This document shows positions 38,012 through 47,716 of a DNA stretch of 64,000 nt, one piece after another. The notes under the pieces are model-generated. The model saw only the letters and a program-made list of their open reading frames with translations. It was not told the DNA's origin and did not search any database. The DNA lies in assembly GCA_001778235.1 (NCBI GenBank), contig MFGJ01000007.1:77085-141084 (forward strand), in the 5' to 3' direction. Numbering within the stretch: position 1 is the first letter of the stretch; every line of letters starts with the position of its first letter. A program made the translations under genes and the position numbers. Source of the stretch: Candidatus Falkowbacteria bacterium RIFOXYC2_FULL_36_12. Its GTDB lineage: Bacteria; Patescibacteriota; Patescibacteriia; UBA11705.

Positions 38012-39082
38012 TTACTTAATTACCCCTCCGCCAAGACACTCTTTGCCTTTCCAAAACACGGCATACTGACCTGCAGTGATAGATTTCTGGGGGCTTTTAA
38101 ACTGAACAATATATTTATTCAAGTGATTTTTCGTAATAACTGCCTTGAATGCTTTCTGCGCAGAGCGAACCTTACATTTGACATTTATTGGCAATCTTGG
38201 TTCATCAACAATCCATTCAATACTATCAAGAATCAGGCTTTCAGACTCCAGTAAATCTTCATTGGTTGTTACCCATAGGGTGCTTGAAGCTAAATCTAGC
38301 CTAGTAACAAACCATGGTCCGTCAGCTAACCCAATGCCTTTTCTTTGTCCAATTGTGTACTTTTGCAAACCAGAATGCTGACCCAGTGTTTTTTTAGTTT
38401 CAAGATCTTTTATTGGTCCTGTTTTAAAAGTAAAATATCTAGATAAAAACTGATGCATATTGCCAGAAGGAATAAAGCAAACCTCTTGAGACTCTCGCTT
38501 GCTGGCTGTGGGCAAACCGAATTTGGCGGCAAGTTTGCGTACTTTAGATTTTTTTAATTTTGCAAGAGGAAACATAACATGTTTTAGCTGACCTTGGGTT
38601 AATCTATGCAAAAAATAAGTTTGATCCTTGGCTTCATCCTTGCCCTTGTAGAGATGATATTTATCATCTTTTTCAAATTCAAGTCGTGCATAATGTCCAG
38701 TTGCCAGATAATCAACCCCTAATGCCTTTACTTTGTCTAATGCTTGACCAAACTTAATATAACGATTGCAATCAACGCAAGGATTTGGAGTGTGTCCTGA
38801 TTGGTACTCGGAAATGAACTTATCAACAATTTCTTTTTTAAAATCTACTTCAAGATTTATGGTATAAAATTTTATATTCAATTTTTGAGCAACTCGACGA
38901 GCATCCTGCATTGATTCGAGTGAACAACAGATGTTTTCCCGAACATTACCATCAATTTTTTCTCCCCAAAAATGAAAAAACACACCGATAACATCGTATC
39001 CTTGTTTTTTGAGTAAAGCAGCGGCAACTGAAGAGTCAACCCCACCACTCATACCAACCGCGACTGTGCCTTTTGATTTCAT
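38012..39082 (-). CDS. mnmA: tRNA-specific 2-thiouridylase MnmA
   Basis: PP-loop SGGVDSS, catalytic Cys residues, full-length architecture. Confidence 0.9.
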   Translation of the reverse strand: MKSKGTVAVGMSGGVDSSVAAALLKKQGYDVIGVFFHFWGEKIDGNVRENICCSLESMQDARRVAQKLNIKFYTINLEVDFKKEIVDKFISEYQSGHTPNPCVDCNRYIKFGQALDKVKALGVDYLATGHYARLEFEKDDKYHLYKGKDEAKDQTYFLHRLTQGQLKHVMFPLAKLKKSKVRKLAAKFGLPTASKRESQEVCFIPSGNMHQFLSRYFTFKTGPIKDLETKKTLGQHSGLQKYTIGQRKGIGLADGPWFVTRLDLASSTLWVTTNEDLLESESLILDSIEWIVDEPRLPINVKCKVRSAQKAFKAVITKNHLNKYIVQFKSPQKSITAGQYAVFWKGKECLGGGVIK

Positions 39083-39095
39083 ATAAAATTATTAT

Positions 39096-39130
39096 AAAAA
39101 AAATTCCGCCATTTGGCAATGGCGAAATTT
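39096..39130. terminator. Bidirectional intrinsic terminator
   Basis: A8-TTCCGCCATT-tggc-AATGGCGAA-ATTT. Confidence 0.5.
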
Positions 39131-39139
39131 CAATATTGA

Positions 39140-39814
39140 TTATTCTTCAGTTTCAAAACTGGCTACTATTTGGTCAAAAATAGCCTTGTCAGATTCAGAG
39201 AGACTATTCAAATAAAACTCGTAAACAACTCCGTTACCAGAAATAAACACAGTATAACCACTGACAGGATATCCCACATAACCAGCTGTTATTGCCGTCT
39301 TATTACCAATAGTTGTCTGTACACGATTATTATATTTTACTTCTGCATTTTGTTCTCTAAGATCTAGCATCTGATCGATTGTGCGAGAGGGAGAGTTATC
39401 ATTTACATTAATACCGCCTAATCCTTGTTCACTGGTTGCGTTTGGTCCAAATAATGAATTGCGAGCCGGTCCATTGTTCCAAACAAAGGCATTCCAGTCT
39501 GACGGATACTTAAAACTGTAGTGGCCTTCAGTATTGGTAAATAACTTCATTTCTCCACTACTAATATCCACATCGACATCAAATTCACCATCTTTCATTA
39601 CCCCATCAACATCTAATTGAGTAGCCTCAAGTTCATTGATTTTATCTTCTAATTGTATTTTATCTTGCTCAAATGATGCTCTCATTGAGTTCATCTCTCG
39701 ATTGATGTAAAAATAAATACCTAATATAACCAGGACAAAAATCAGAGCTATCGCAATAAGACTGATGATGGTGCCTGTTTTTTTAGGGGTTTTTTCATAG
39801 GAATAATTATCCAT
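39140..39814 (-). CDS. Membrane-anchored hypothetical protein
   Basis: N-terminal TM helix and coiled coil, then an extracytoplasmic domain. Confidence 0.5.
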   Translation of the reverse strand: MDNYSYEKTPKKTGTIISLIAIALIFVLVILGIYFYINREMNSMRASFEQDKIQLEDKINELEATQLDVDGVMKDGEFDVDVDISSGEMKLFTNTEGHYSFKYPSDWNAFVWNNGPARNSLFGPNATSEQGLGGINVNDNSPSRTIDQMLDLREQNAEVKYNNRVQTTIGNKTAITAGYVGYPVSGYTVFISGNGVVYEFYLNSLSESDKAIFDQIVASFETEE

Positions 39815-39825
39815 AGATTTTCAAG

Positions 39826-41127
39826 TTATTTATTTAAAAATTTGTGTAAAAGTAAATCCACTTCTTCATAATTCTGGCTGATTTTTGCGCCAAGGACCAA
39901 GGCGATTAATTCCTGACTTGAATTTTTTGTCAATCTGGCACGAGTCACTAAATTGTATCCTGCTTCGGTAGTATAACCGGTTTTTCCTCCAGTAATATAT
40001 AAATCGCGCAAAAGAAGTTTGTTGGTGTTTTGGCACCAATATGACCTAACCTCATTACCTCGCTTGTAGGTAATCTCTGACCAATATGTGGTTGTTGCCT
40101 GAAGAAAGTCAAACTTATTAAATGTACGCTTGAATATTTCCAGCATTTCGCGAGCAGTTGAAACATTGTATTCGCTTAGACCGGTGGGTTCGACAAAGCT
40201 GGTATTTGTTAAACCCCACTGCTGAACAAGTGCATTCATTTTAGCGACAAACTGATCTTCAGTCATCCCGGTTGAACGCATCAAAGCGCGCGTAGCATTA
40301 TTTTTTGAGCCTACCAGTGTTGCATTAAATAAATTTTTTACAGAAATCAAATCTCCTGGCTCAAGAGGAATACTGGCACCGCCAACATTATCTGATTCAA
40401 TAATTGTTACTTTTTTATCCCAACCAGGATTATTTTCAACAAAAACTTGGGCGGTAATTAACTTGGTAAGACTGGCAATTGGTCTAACCTGATCTGCATT
40501 TTTTTCAAAAATAATATTTCCATCTAAGTCTGCAACAATGGCCGACTGTGCAGTCAGCTGATCTGATAATGATCGTGGAATATTTTCAGGAATAGAAGAA
40601 ACATTTGGAGCAGTTGTAGCTGTTTTATTTTCTAAAACCACGATTTCAGCAAATGGGAAAATGGTCTCGGCAATTGCAATCTTGCGCTCTGAATCAACTT
40701 TGGTAGTTAATGCACGCCATTGTTCTTTTGATCGGTCATAGAAATAAATCGCCTTTTCTTCATCAGTACTAGTTGTGTATTTCACAGCCAAAGTAGCTTT
40801 CTTGCTCAATATTCCTGACACAGGTAGCTTCAAATCATAAATATAATGTGAACTTATCGCTGTTTTGTTTTCTGGGATTGGTGTCTCTGAATTTATATGT
40901 TCAATTTTTACGGTAATTGGAGTTTGGTATTGATTTGGGAATATTGGTAACCAAAAATTGTCGTCCAGACTCTTGATGGTGAAACCTTTTTGTAAAGTTG
41001 GCTGATCAAGTGTTAAAATTCTAGTTGAATTGATAGTATAAGCACTGGCATTGGTCGCCTGAAATAAAGCAAAAACAAAAACAGCAATGGCTGTCAATAT
41101 TAAAATAAATTTCTGATTTTCAGACAT
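39826..41127 (-). CDS. D-alanyl-D-alanine carboxypeptidase (S11, PBP5-like) with extra N-terminal domain
   Basis: Signal peptide, then SLTKL (SxxK), SKN (SxN) and KTGYT (KTG). Confidence 0.8.
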   Translation of the reverse strand: MSENQKFILILTAIAVFVFALFQATNASAYTINSTRILTLDQPTLQKGFTIKSLDDNFWLPIFPNQYQTPITVKIEHINSETPIPENKTAISSHYIYDLKLPVSGILSKKATLAVKYTTSTDEEKAIYFYDRSKEQWRALTTKVDSERKIAIAETIFPFAEIVVLENKTATTAPNVSSIPENIPRSLSDQLTAQSAIVADLDGNIIFEKNADQVRPIASLTKLITAQVFVENNPGWDKKVTIIESDNVGGASIPLEPGDLISVKNLFNATLVGSKNNATRALMRSTGMTEDQFVAKMNALVQQWGLTNTSFVEPTGLSEYNVSTAREMLEIFKRTFNKFDFLQATTTYWSEITYKRGNEVRSYWCQNTNKLLLRDLYITGGKTGYTTEAGYNLVTRARLTKNSSQELIALVLGAKISQNYEEVDLLLHKFLNK

Positions 41128-41137
41128 AGGTAAAAAA

Positions 41138-41590
41138 TTATTGGATTAATTCAACACCAGAGGCATTGAGACGATAACAACCTTTTTTAGAATAATTACC
41201 TATTCCTGTCTCTAAATAAAATAAGACTTCAAAATCATCATCGGAAATTTGAGAAAAACTATATTCGCAAGGTTGGGTACAATCATCACTACAAAGGACT
41301 TTTGATTTCGGATCCCTGAAATTATAAATGGTTGGTAAAAGTTTCTCAAGACGGGAATTCTGACAAGCATAAACCGGTCCTGACTGACAACCTGATTCAG
41401 CATAACTACCGAATTGGATTTTGGTCGAAGCCATGACACTGCGAAGGACACTGATATCACTGGTGCGTTTCACATCTCGCGCTTCTCTACCAGCAAAAAA
41501 GAACATTAGAAATATCAAAATAACCACTACCAAAGAAATAGCTAAAATAGTGATAATTTCTACAATTGTAAATCCTTCAGACTTTTTCAT
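41138..41590 (-). CDS. Type IV pilin-like protein
   Basis: Prepilin class III signal …SEGFTIVEIITILAISLVVV. Confidence 0.65.
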   Translation of the reverse strand: MKKSEGFTIVEIITILAISLVVVILIFLMFFFAGREARDVKRTSDISVLRSVMASTKIQFGSYAESGCQSGPVYACQNSRLEKLLPTIYNFRDPKSKVLCSDDCTQPCEYSFSQISDDDFEVLFYLETGIGNYSKKGCYRLNASGVELIQ

Positions 41591-41595
41591 AAAAC

Positions 41596-42066
41596 TTATT
41601 CAATGCCTCTCTCGGTTAGGTGATGACAGCCTTTCTTGTACCCACTGACGGAATTTTCTAACCAAAAAATTACTTCATAACCGTCTTGGGCGATTTTTGT
41701 AAAATTGTAATTGCAGGGTGTTTCTGAACATTGTGAACTGCACGCAAGAATTTTTTCAGCTGGGTCATTAATAGATGCAAGATTGTCTAAATATTTTGAC
41801 AGCATAAAAGTGTCCCCTTCTCCCTGACAACCACTCACCAAACCTTGGAATTCTCCACCACAAGCTGCCAAATATGAACCATCTTCTTCTGCGATAATTT
41901 TCATTACTTGCTGAATATTGGTAATATCATTTATTCTTTTGGCATCACGACCCTTTTCTTGAATACCATTGAGTGATATCAAGGCCACGACTATCAAGAT
42001 TGCACCAACTGCCACAACGATTAATAACTCAATTAAGGTAAAGCCAAATGATTTTTTGCAAGTCAT
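41596..42066 (-). CDS. Type IV pilin
   Basis: …KSFGFTLIELLIVVAVGAILIVVAL prepilin motif. Cys pair near the C-terminus. Confidence 0.7.
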   Translation of the reverse strand: MTCKKSFGFTLIELLIVVAVGAILIVVALISLNGIQEKGRDAKRINDITNIQQVMKIIAEEDGSYLAACGGEFQGLVSGCQGEGDTFMLSKYLDNLASINDPAEKILACSSQCSETPCNYNFTKIAQDGYEVIFWLENSVSGYKKGCHHLTERGIE

Positions 42067-42133
42067 AAATATTTGTTTAGATTTTACTCTTATCAAGTAA
42101 TCAAAAATTAAAATTTTTTACTAAAATAGCTTT

Positions 42134-43228
42134 CTATTTTTCAATATCTCTCATGGCAAGACCAATACAAACGGCGAGACGAGAACCAACCGCATCTAAA
42201 GCTGGTTTCAAATCTTCTGGAGATAAAACTCTGGCCCATGGATCTCCGAGAAAAGTCCTTATATTAAACATCTTTGTAAAGTATTCTGTCAAATTGAATA
42301 TTTTTGCCGTACCACCAGATAGAATAAGGCGGTCAATTCTTTTGGCTTCATTTCCAGGTTGTTTCCCAAAAAAATCAAGTAAATATTTGATTTCATTGAT
42401 AATCGGTACCAGACTTTTTTCAATAGATTCTGGCAACAATTGTCCTTGATTTAAAACTTGGGAAGAATAATTAGCTAAATCCCGTTTGAATTGCTCTGCC
42501 TGATCAATTGAAATATTCATGGTCTCGGCTAAAATCTTGGTGATTTGGTAGCCACCTATATCAACTGTTCTCTCCATATATGGAATACCGTTGTCAACAA
42601 TAGTAATATCAGTATTGGCAGCACCAATATCAACAATAATTACTGTTGATTTATCTTTGCCGACAAGTGCTCTTGCCATACCGAAAGATTCTGTTTCAAG
42701 GCTAAGCAAATTAAAACCAGCTTTTTTGAAAATATCAATATATTTCTTGACTAATGTTTTGGCTGCAGCGGTCAAGAGTACCTGGACACCAGCTTTTGGG
42801 TCGGTTGAAGAACCACCACCGTTCAGAACTTTCCAATCTAAGACCATTTCATCTAGAGGTAGGGGTAGCACTTTTTCAGCCTCGGCCTGAACTGCTTCTG
42901 TAACTTTTTTTATTGAAGTTAAATCTTTTTTATTAATATCGGTCAAATACAAAATAGTAGTAAAGACAGATGATGCCGGCAAAGCAGTAATCGCATCTTT
43001 TGTTTGAACTTTTGATTTTTCGGCAATTTTTTTTATTGAATCTGCCATTTCAGTTGGTTTATCAAGCAGATTTTCAGTCGCTGACTTGGTAGATCTCTCG
43101 AGATAACCATATGTCAAAAGCTGTGCCCGGCCTTTATTGTCGAGAAGTTCAACCAACTTAACACTGCTACCACCAATATCAACTCCGAGATAACTTTTAT
43201 CACCAGTTTTTTTGGAAAACAATCCCAT
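42134..43228 (-). CDS. pilM: Type IV pilus assembly ATPase-like protein PilM
   Basis: YLGVDIGGSSVKLVEL phosphate-1 motif. Actin-fold architecture. Ends …GLAMRDIEK. Confidence 0.8.
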   Translation of the reverse strand: MGLFSKKTGDKSYLGVDIGGSSVKLVELLDNKGRAQLLTYGYLERSTKSATENLLDKPTEMADSIKKIAEKSKVQTKDAITALPASSVFTTILYLTDINKKDLTSIKKVTEAVQAEAEKVLPLPLDEMVLDWKVLNGGGSSTDPKAGVQVLLTAAAKTLVKKYIDIFKKAGFNLLSLETESFGMARALVGKDKSTVIIVDIGAANTDITIVDNGIPYMERTVDIGGYQITKILAETMNISIDQAEQFKRDLANYSSQVLNQGQLLPESIEKSLVPIINEIKYLLDFFGKQPGNEAKRIDRLILSGGTAKIFNLTEYFTKMFNIRTFLGDPWARVLSPEDLKPALDAVGSRLAVCIGLAMRDIEK

Positions 43229-43359
43229 AGCAAAAAAATTTAGTTATGACTAACTAGATATATTATACCACAAATTATTTGTAAAGGAAATGATTATCCA
43301 CTAAAATCACTTCTTATCACTTCTATAAAACAAAAAAGTCCGAATGATTTCGAACCTGT

Positions 43360-44196
43360 TTAATTGAATGATAATGTTTCTGTTTTTTCGGATTTATGGG
43401 TTTCGGTTGTAATAACATTGATGTCAACACTATAAACCCTTACAAGCTCATCTTTGCTTTCAATTTCTTTAACAAGACTGTCAAGTCTGAGCCGGAGCAC
43501 TCCCAGCATTGCATCTTCATCGATGAGGTTAACCCCCTGAAATAACTTTTCATTTAGATCCTCTGAAGAAATGCCCCGTTGAAATTCAGATGGCGTAACA
43601 TTGACGCATAAAACCTTTTTCGACAACCAAGCTTCAAAAGTTCCAATAAATTTGTATTTAATGCTCACAGAAACTTTTAGCTGTTTATTGCCTTGGACAA
43701 AAACCGACGATACTAACCAGTTTGAATCAAGGCCAATAAATGCTCTGGGGTTCAGCCAATAAAAATATTTGCAATAATTCATCTCATTCAGTTTGAACAG
43801 AGCAAGAAACTTATCTCCTTCTAATTCACCAAGAATCTTATTAGTCTTATCGTAGAGGTAATACTTTGTTACACATACTGGACTTTCTGCATTGTAATCA
43901 GTAAAGTCAAACTTTACTACCTGGGTTTCATCAAACTTTGCAGATAGATACCAGCATAACTGCTTCCGTTTAGATAATCCGATAGTAATCAGAACAACAC
44001 AAACAGCAATCATAATAATACCAAACATACCAAACCCGTTTTCACCAAAACCATCATAAAAATACAATACCAGTGCTCCACAAATTACTGGGATTAGAAC
44101 GATTAAAGATGGTGCCAAAAAAGATGAAAATAAATGTCTTAGTTTATTAATTCTGATTTTATTGTTAAGGATCTTATATGACTCGACTGCGTCCAT
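43360..44196 (-). CDS. Hypothetical membrane protein
   Basis: Two N-terminal TM helices followed by a soluble domain. Confidence 0.5.
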   Translation of the reverse strand: MDAVESYKILNNKIRINKLRHLFSSFLAPSLIVLIPVICGALVLYFYDGFGENGFGMFGIIMIAVCVVLITIGLSKRKQLCWYLSAKFDETQVVKFDFTDYNAESPVCVTKYYLYDKTNKILGELEGDKFLALFKLNEMNYCKYFYWLNPRAFIGLDSNWLVSSVFVQGNKQLKVSVSIKYKFIGTFEAWLSKKVLCVNVTPSEFQRGISSEDLNEKLFQGVNLIDEDAMLGVLRLRLDSLVKEIESKDELVRVYSVDINVITTETHKSEKTETLSFN

Positions 44197-44338
44197 CTTG
44201 GCCTCCCTGGTCCTTGGTGGCTTCTCAAAACAAATAATAAGTTAACATAATCCCGAGAGGCTGTCAACTAATAAACTTCAAAATATTTTTACACAAAAAA
44301 ATCCAGAATTCATGCGGGATTAATAAAATTAATCATTA

Positions 44339-44740
44339 CTAACAAGCTTTGTCCATGGCATCATTGGCTAATTTGTCTGCAACTTTGTTTTTTTCACGAA
44401 CAATGTGCTTGAATTCTGATTTGGAAAATTTATGTCGAAGATTCCAAACTTTCATAAATTGTTTTGCCAAGCCAGGGTCTTTTACCTTGTAGTCACCATT
44501 TATTTGCCTGACGACGAGTTCACTGTCAAGAAAGCAGGTAACTTCTGTAGCGCCTAATTTGTTACAAGTTTCAAGACCACAGATAATAGCTTGGTACTCT
44601 GCTTGATTGTTGGTAGTCTCACCAATATATTTACTAACCTGATCGATTAGTTTATTTTTTTCATCGTAAATAGCAACCCCAATACCGGCTGGGCCTGGAT
44701 TGCCGCGAGCACCTCCATCTGAATATATTTTTAGTTTCAT
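44339..44740 (-). CDS. rnhA: Ribonuclease HI
   Basis: IYSDGGARGNPGPAG…QAEY…D…VVRQINGDYK motifs. Confidence 0.9.
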   Translation of the reverse strand: MKLKIYSDGGARGNPGPAGIGVAIYDEKNKLIDQVSKYIGETTNNQAEYQAIICGLETCNKLGATEVTCFLDSELVVRQINGDYKVKDPGLAKQFMKVWNLRHKFSKSEFKHIVREKNKVADKLANDAMDKAC

Positions 44741-44804
44741 AGCAAAAGTTTATAGTTGTAAACTGAAGATAATAATAAAATTATAACTTTATTTTGAAGT
44801 ATTT

Positions 44805-46532
44805 TCAATTTTTTTTCAAATCAACAATACGAGCCTCAACGCTCTCAACCCCATTCCAGACATTGACTCCGAGTTCAACAACGACCTCGATAACATCTCC
44901 CGGACACAGAACCTCACCCCAGCTGTCAGCCATACCAAAAGCTAAAAATTTTTCAGCATGCAAAGAAGTACCTTGTTTGGCCATCAATCGCAGATGTTTT
45001 TCTCCATTTCCGATCTTATCAATCGCGGTAATTTCTAATTGCTTAATAAGAAATAATGGTTTTGGATTGCCTTCGCCAAAAGGTGCAAAAGCTTCAATTT
45101 TTTTCATTAAATCAAGATTGAAATCAGCTAATTTGGCAGTAGAATCAATACTGATAATAGGTTTTAAATCCTCAATCTTTATCATAGCATCAGCCTTGTC
45201 CAATATTATCTTTTGGAATTCAGATAAATGCTCGGCTTTACTAATAGTAAAACCGCATGCTTGGGCATGACCGCCAAAGCGTGAAAGTAACTTCTCTGCC
45301 TGATATAAAACTTCGGTTATATTAAAAGACTCAATACTCCTACCTGAACCAACAATTTGTTCACCGACCTTGGTCATTGCCATAACTGGCCGACAATACT
45401 CATTGCTTATTTTGCCAGCAATTAAACCAATAACTCCTGGATTCCAAGATTCATTGTAAATAAAATAAATTTTTTGCGTACTCTGGGATTCAATAATTGT
45501 TTTTGCTTGTTTAATCGCATCTTCAGTTATTTTCTGACGATCAACATTGGTTGCCTGAAGCTCTGTAGCCAAGAGATTAGCCTCGTCAAAATCATCTGTG
45601 GTCAATAATTTAAAAGCAACTTCAGCATGCTTCAAACGACCGGCAGCATTTAATCTTGGTCCGATTTGGTAGCCAATAGTTGTGGCGGAAAGTTTGGCTA
45701 AATCAATTCCAGCAATCTCAAGTAGCTTTATCAATCCTGGACGACGAGTTTGCTTCAAAACAATTAATCCATAACGCACCAAAATACGATTTTCATCGAT
45801 TAACGGCATCATGTCTGAAACCGTCCCAATTGCAACAATGTCAAGTAACCATTTAAGAAAGCCTTTTTTTCCTCCCCACTTATTTAATTCATTGGTTTCT
45901 TTATCAATACTTTCAATCAGTGCAACAGATAATTTATAGGCCACTCCGGCAGCACAAAGATGCTCAAAAGGATATTTTTCACCTTTGACCTTTGGGTTTA
46001 TAATAGCAAAAGCATTTGGCAGGATTGCTGGCGCTTCGTGATGATCAGTAACTATCACTTCAAGACCATTTTCAGTAGCAAGCTGGACTTCAGCGACATT
46101 GGTAATGCCACAGTCAACTGTAATTAGTAATTTGTACTTTGAGACAAACTGATTAATATTTTTTATATTTATGCCATAACCATCATCTTCTCGATGAGGA
46201 ATAAACACATCAACTTCAGCCCCAAGAGCCTGCAGGGTTTTAAAAAGAATGCTTGAGCTGGTAACTCCGTCGGCATCATAGTCGCCATGGATAATTATTT
46301 TCTCACCTGAATTAATGGCCTGCAATATACGATCCACTGCTTTTTTCATGTGATTAAAAAGGAAAGGATCATGTAGCTTATCAAATTCTGGAAACAAAAA
46401 ACATTCAATCTCATTTGGTTTATGAAGATTTCTATTGTATAATAACCCTTGGATCAGTGGATGGTACTGACTAAATTTTTGCTGGAAGTCTTCAGGCGGT
46501 TCTGGCTTCAACATCCAATTTTTTTCAACCAT
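44805..46532 (-). CDS. recJ: Single-stranded-DNA-specific exonuclease RecJ
   Basis: DHH (IHGDYDADGV) and DHHA1 (GGHAQACG) motifs. Confidence 0.9.
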   Translation of the reverse strand: MVEKNWMLKPEPPEDFQQKFSQYHPLIQGLLYNRNLHKPNEIECFLFPEFDKLHDPFLFNHMKKAVDRILQAINSGEKIIIHGDYDADGVTSSSILFKTLQALGAEVDVFIPHREDDGYGINIKNINQFVSKYKLLITVDCGITNVAEVQLATENGLEVIVTDHHEAPAILPNAFAIINPKVKGEKYPFEHLCAAGVAYKLSVALIESIDKETNELNKWGGKKGFLKWLLDIVAIGTVSDMMPLIDENRILVRYGLIVLKQTRRPGLIKLLEIAGIDLAKLSATTIGYQIGPRLNAAGRLKHAEVAFKLLTTDDFDEANLLATELQATNVDRQKITEDAIKQAKTIIESQSTQKIYFIYNESWNPGVIGLIAGKISNEYCRPVMAMTKVGEQIVGSGRSIESFNITEVLYQAEKLLSRFGGHAQACGFTISKAEHLSEFQKIILDKADAMIKIEDLKPIISIDSTAKLADFNLDLMKKIEAFAPFGEGNPKPLFLIKQLEITAIDKIGNGEKHLRLMAKQGTSLHAEKFLAFGMADSWGEVLCPGDVIEVVVELGVNVWNGVESVEARIVDLKKN

Positions 46533-46676
46533 AAAGATATATCAATTTAGATATTTTACTACATATATGAAAAAAGCCCAAAAAATTGTGTGGACGATTG
46601 TGGTTATTATTATGATAATATCCATGTTTTTCTTTACTTTAATGCCAATTTTTTATTAAATTAAAATCAATAACTA

Positions 46677-46705
46677 TTGACAAATTTGGCTAAAACCATT
46701 AAACT
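46677..46705 (+). promoter_or_regulatory. Sigma70-type promoter (TTGACA-N17-TAAACT) for the paralog pair
   Basis: Directly visible, followed by a GAGGAGGAGGAG SD. Confidence 0.5.
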
Positions 46706-46737
46706 CAATTTTCCCCATAGAGGAGGAGGAGTGAAGA

Positions 46738-47217
46738 ATGCAAACAAACAAATCTGAATACCACAACGAACCAAAATGGCCGAAGAGTTTAACAGACCTA
46801 AAAACTGCTGAAACCATGTGGAAAATTTCTCTGCTAAAAGAGTTTTTGCGTGTTCTAACTTTTAAAATTGATGGTCCTGATAATTTCACAGTCAAATTCC
46901 TTCTTTGGCTGGTTGATCAGAGTGAAGGGTTGACAAAAAATGTTTATGCTGTTTTTCCCGAAGAGTCTCCAGATCTTTACAGAAAGGTCAGGGATAATGT
47001 TCACAGCATGGGGTCAACCGGTGGTAATATCCAAGACTATAGGTTTATTGAGATACTGGGTATTGATTGTTCATTTTCTTATTTTGGATCAACACTGGCA
47101 CAATCAAGCTTGGCTGAAGCGGAAAGAACGATTGGACTATGGGAAAATCCAGTGCCAAAACTTGGCAGACAGACCAGACAGGACAAAATAGTTTATATTG
47201 TCAAGACAACATTATAA
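46738..47217 (+). CDS. Hypothetical protein, paralog A
   Basis: Shares …K(F/L)L…L(V/E)(D/S)…LTKNV…(V/I)FP.E.P… with the next gene. Confidence 0.55.
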   Translation: MQTNKSEYHNEPKWPKSLTDLKTAETMWKISLLKEFLRVLTFKIDGPDNFTVKFLLWLVDQSEGLTKNVYAVFPEESPDLYRKVRDNVHSMGSTGGNIQDYRFIEILGIDCSFSYFGSTLAQSSLAEAERTIGLWENPVPKLGRQTRQDKIVYIVKTTL

Positions 47218-47218
47218 G

Positions 47219-47692
47219 ATGATTGGCATTAGAAAAAATCCTAACAAAAAGCCAGGAAGGCTCGAAGAATTGACAATAAAGAATCCACTTGAACCAGTGA
47301 AAAAATATATTGTGACAATCGTTGGTCTATCAAATGAAACTAAAAAACTGCTTACCTTCATGTTAGAATCAAGCGATAACCTAACAAAGAATGTTCTAGT
47401 TATTTTCCCACCAGAGCTACCTGTTCAAAAGGAATTTATTAGGGGACAAATCTTGGAACAGCTATGCTGTGATGCAAGGCTAGAAAAATTGCTACAATCT
47501 GCGACTGACACCGGGTTTAGCCTTCTGCCATTTGGACTATCGAGATTACAAACATCTAGCTCGGCCGTAGATACAATCGCACTGGTAGAAACTGCGCTAA
47601 TGACATCTGGCAAGCTTGCAATAAAGCCTGTTGAAGAAATACTTCTAAATCCAAATTTTTTCAGCAACAAAAAAAACACCTCTAGGAACTAG
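47219..47692 (+). CDS. Hypothetical protein, paralog B
   Basis: Begins 1 nt after the stop of paralog A. Internal similarity to A. Confidence 0.55.
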   Translation: MIGIRKNPNKKPGRLEELTIKNPLEPVKKYIVTIVGLSNETKKLLTFMLESSDNLTKNVLVIFPPELPVQKEFIRGQILEQLCCDARLEKLLQSATDTGFSLLPFGLSRLQTSSSAVDTIALVETALMTSGKLAIKPVEEILLNPNFFSNKKNTSRN

Positions 47693-47716
47693 AGCTGTTT
47701 TTTAAATGATAAAAAT

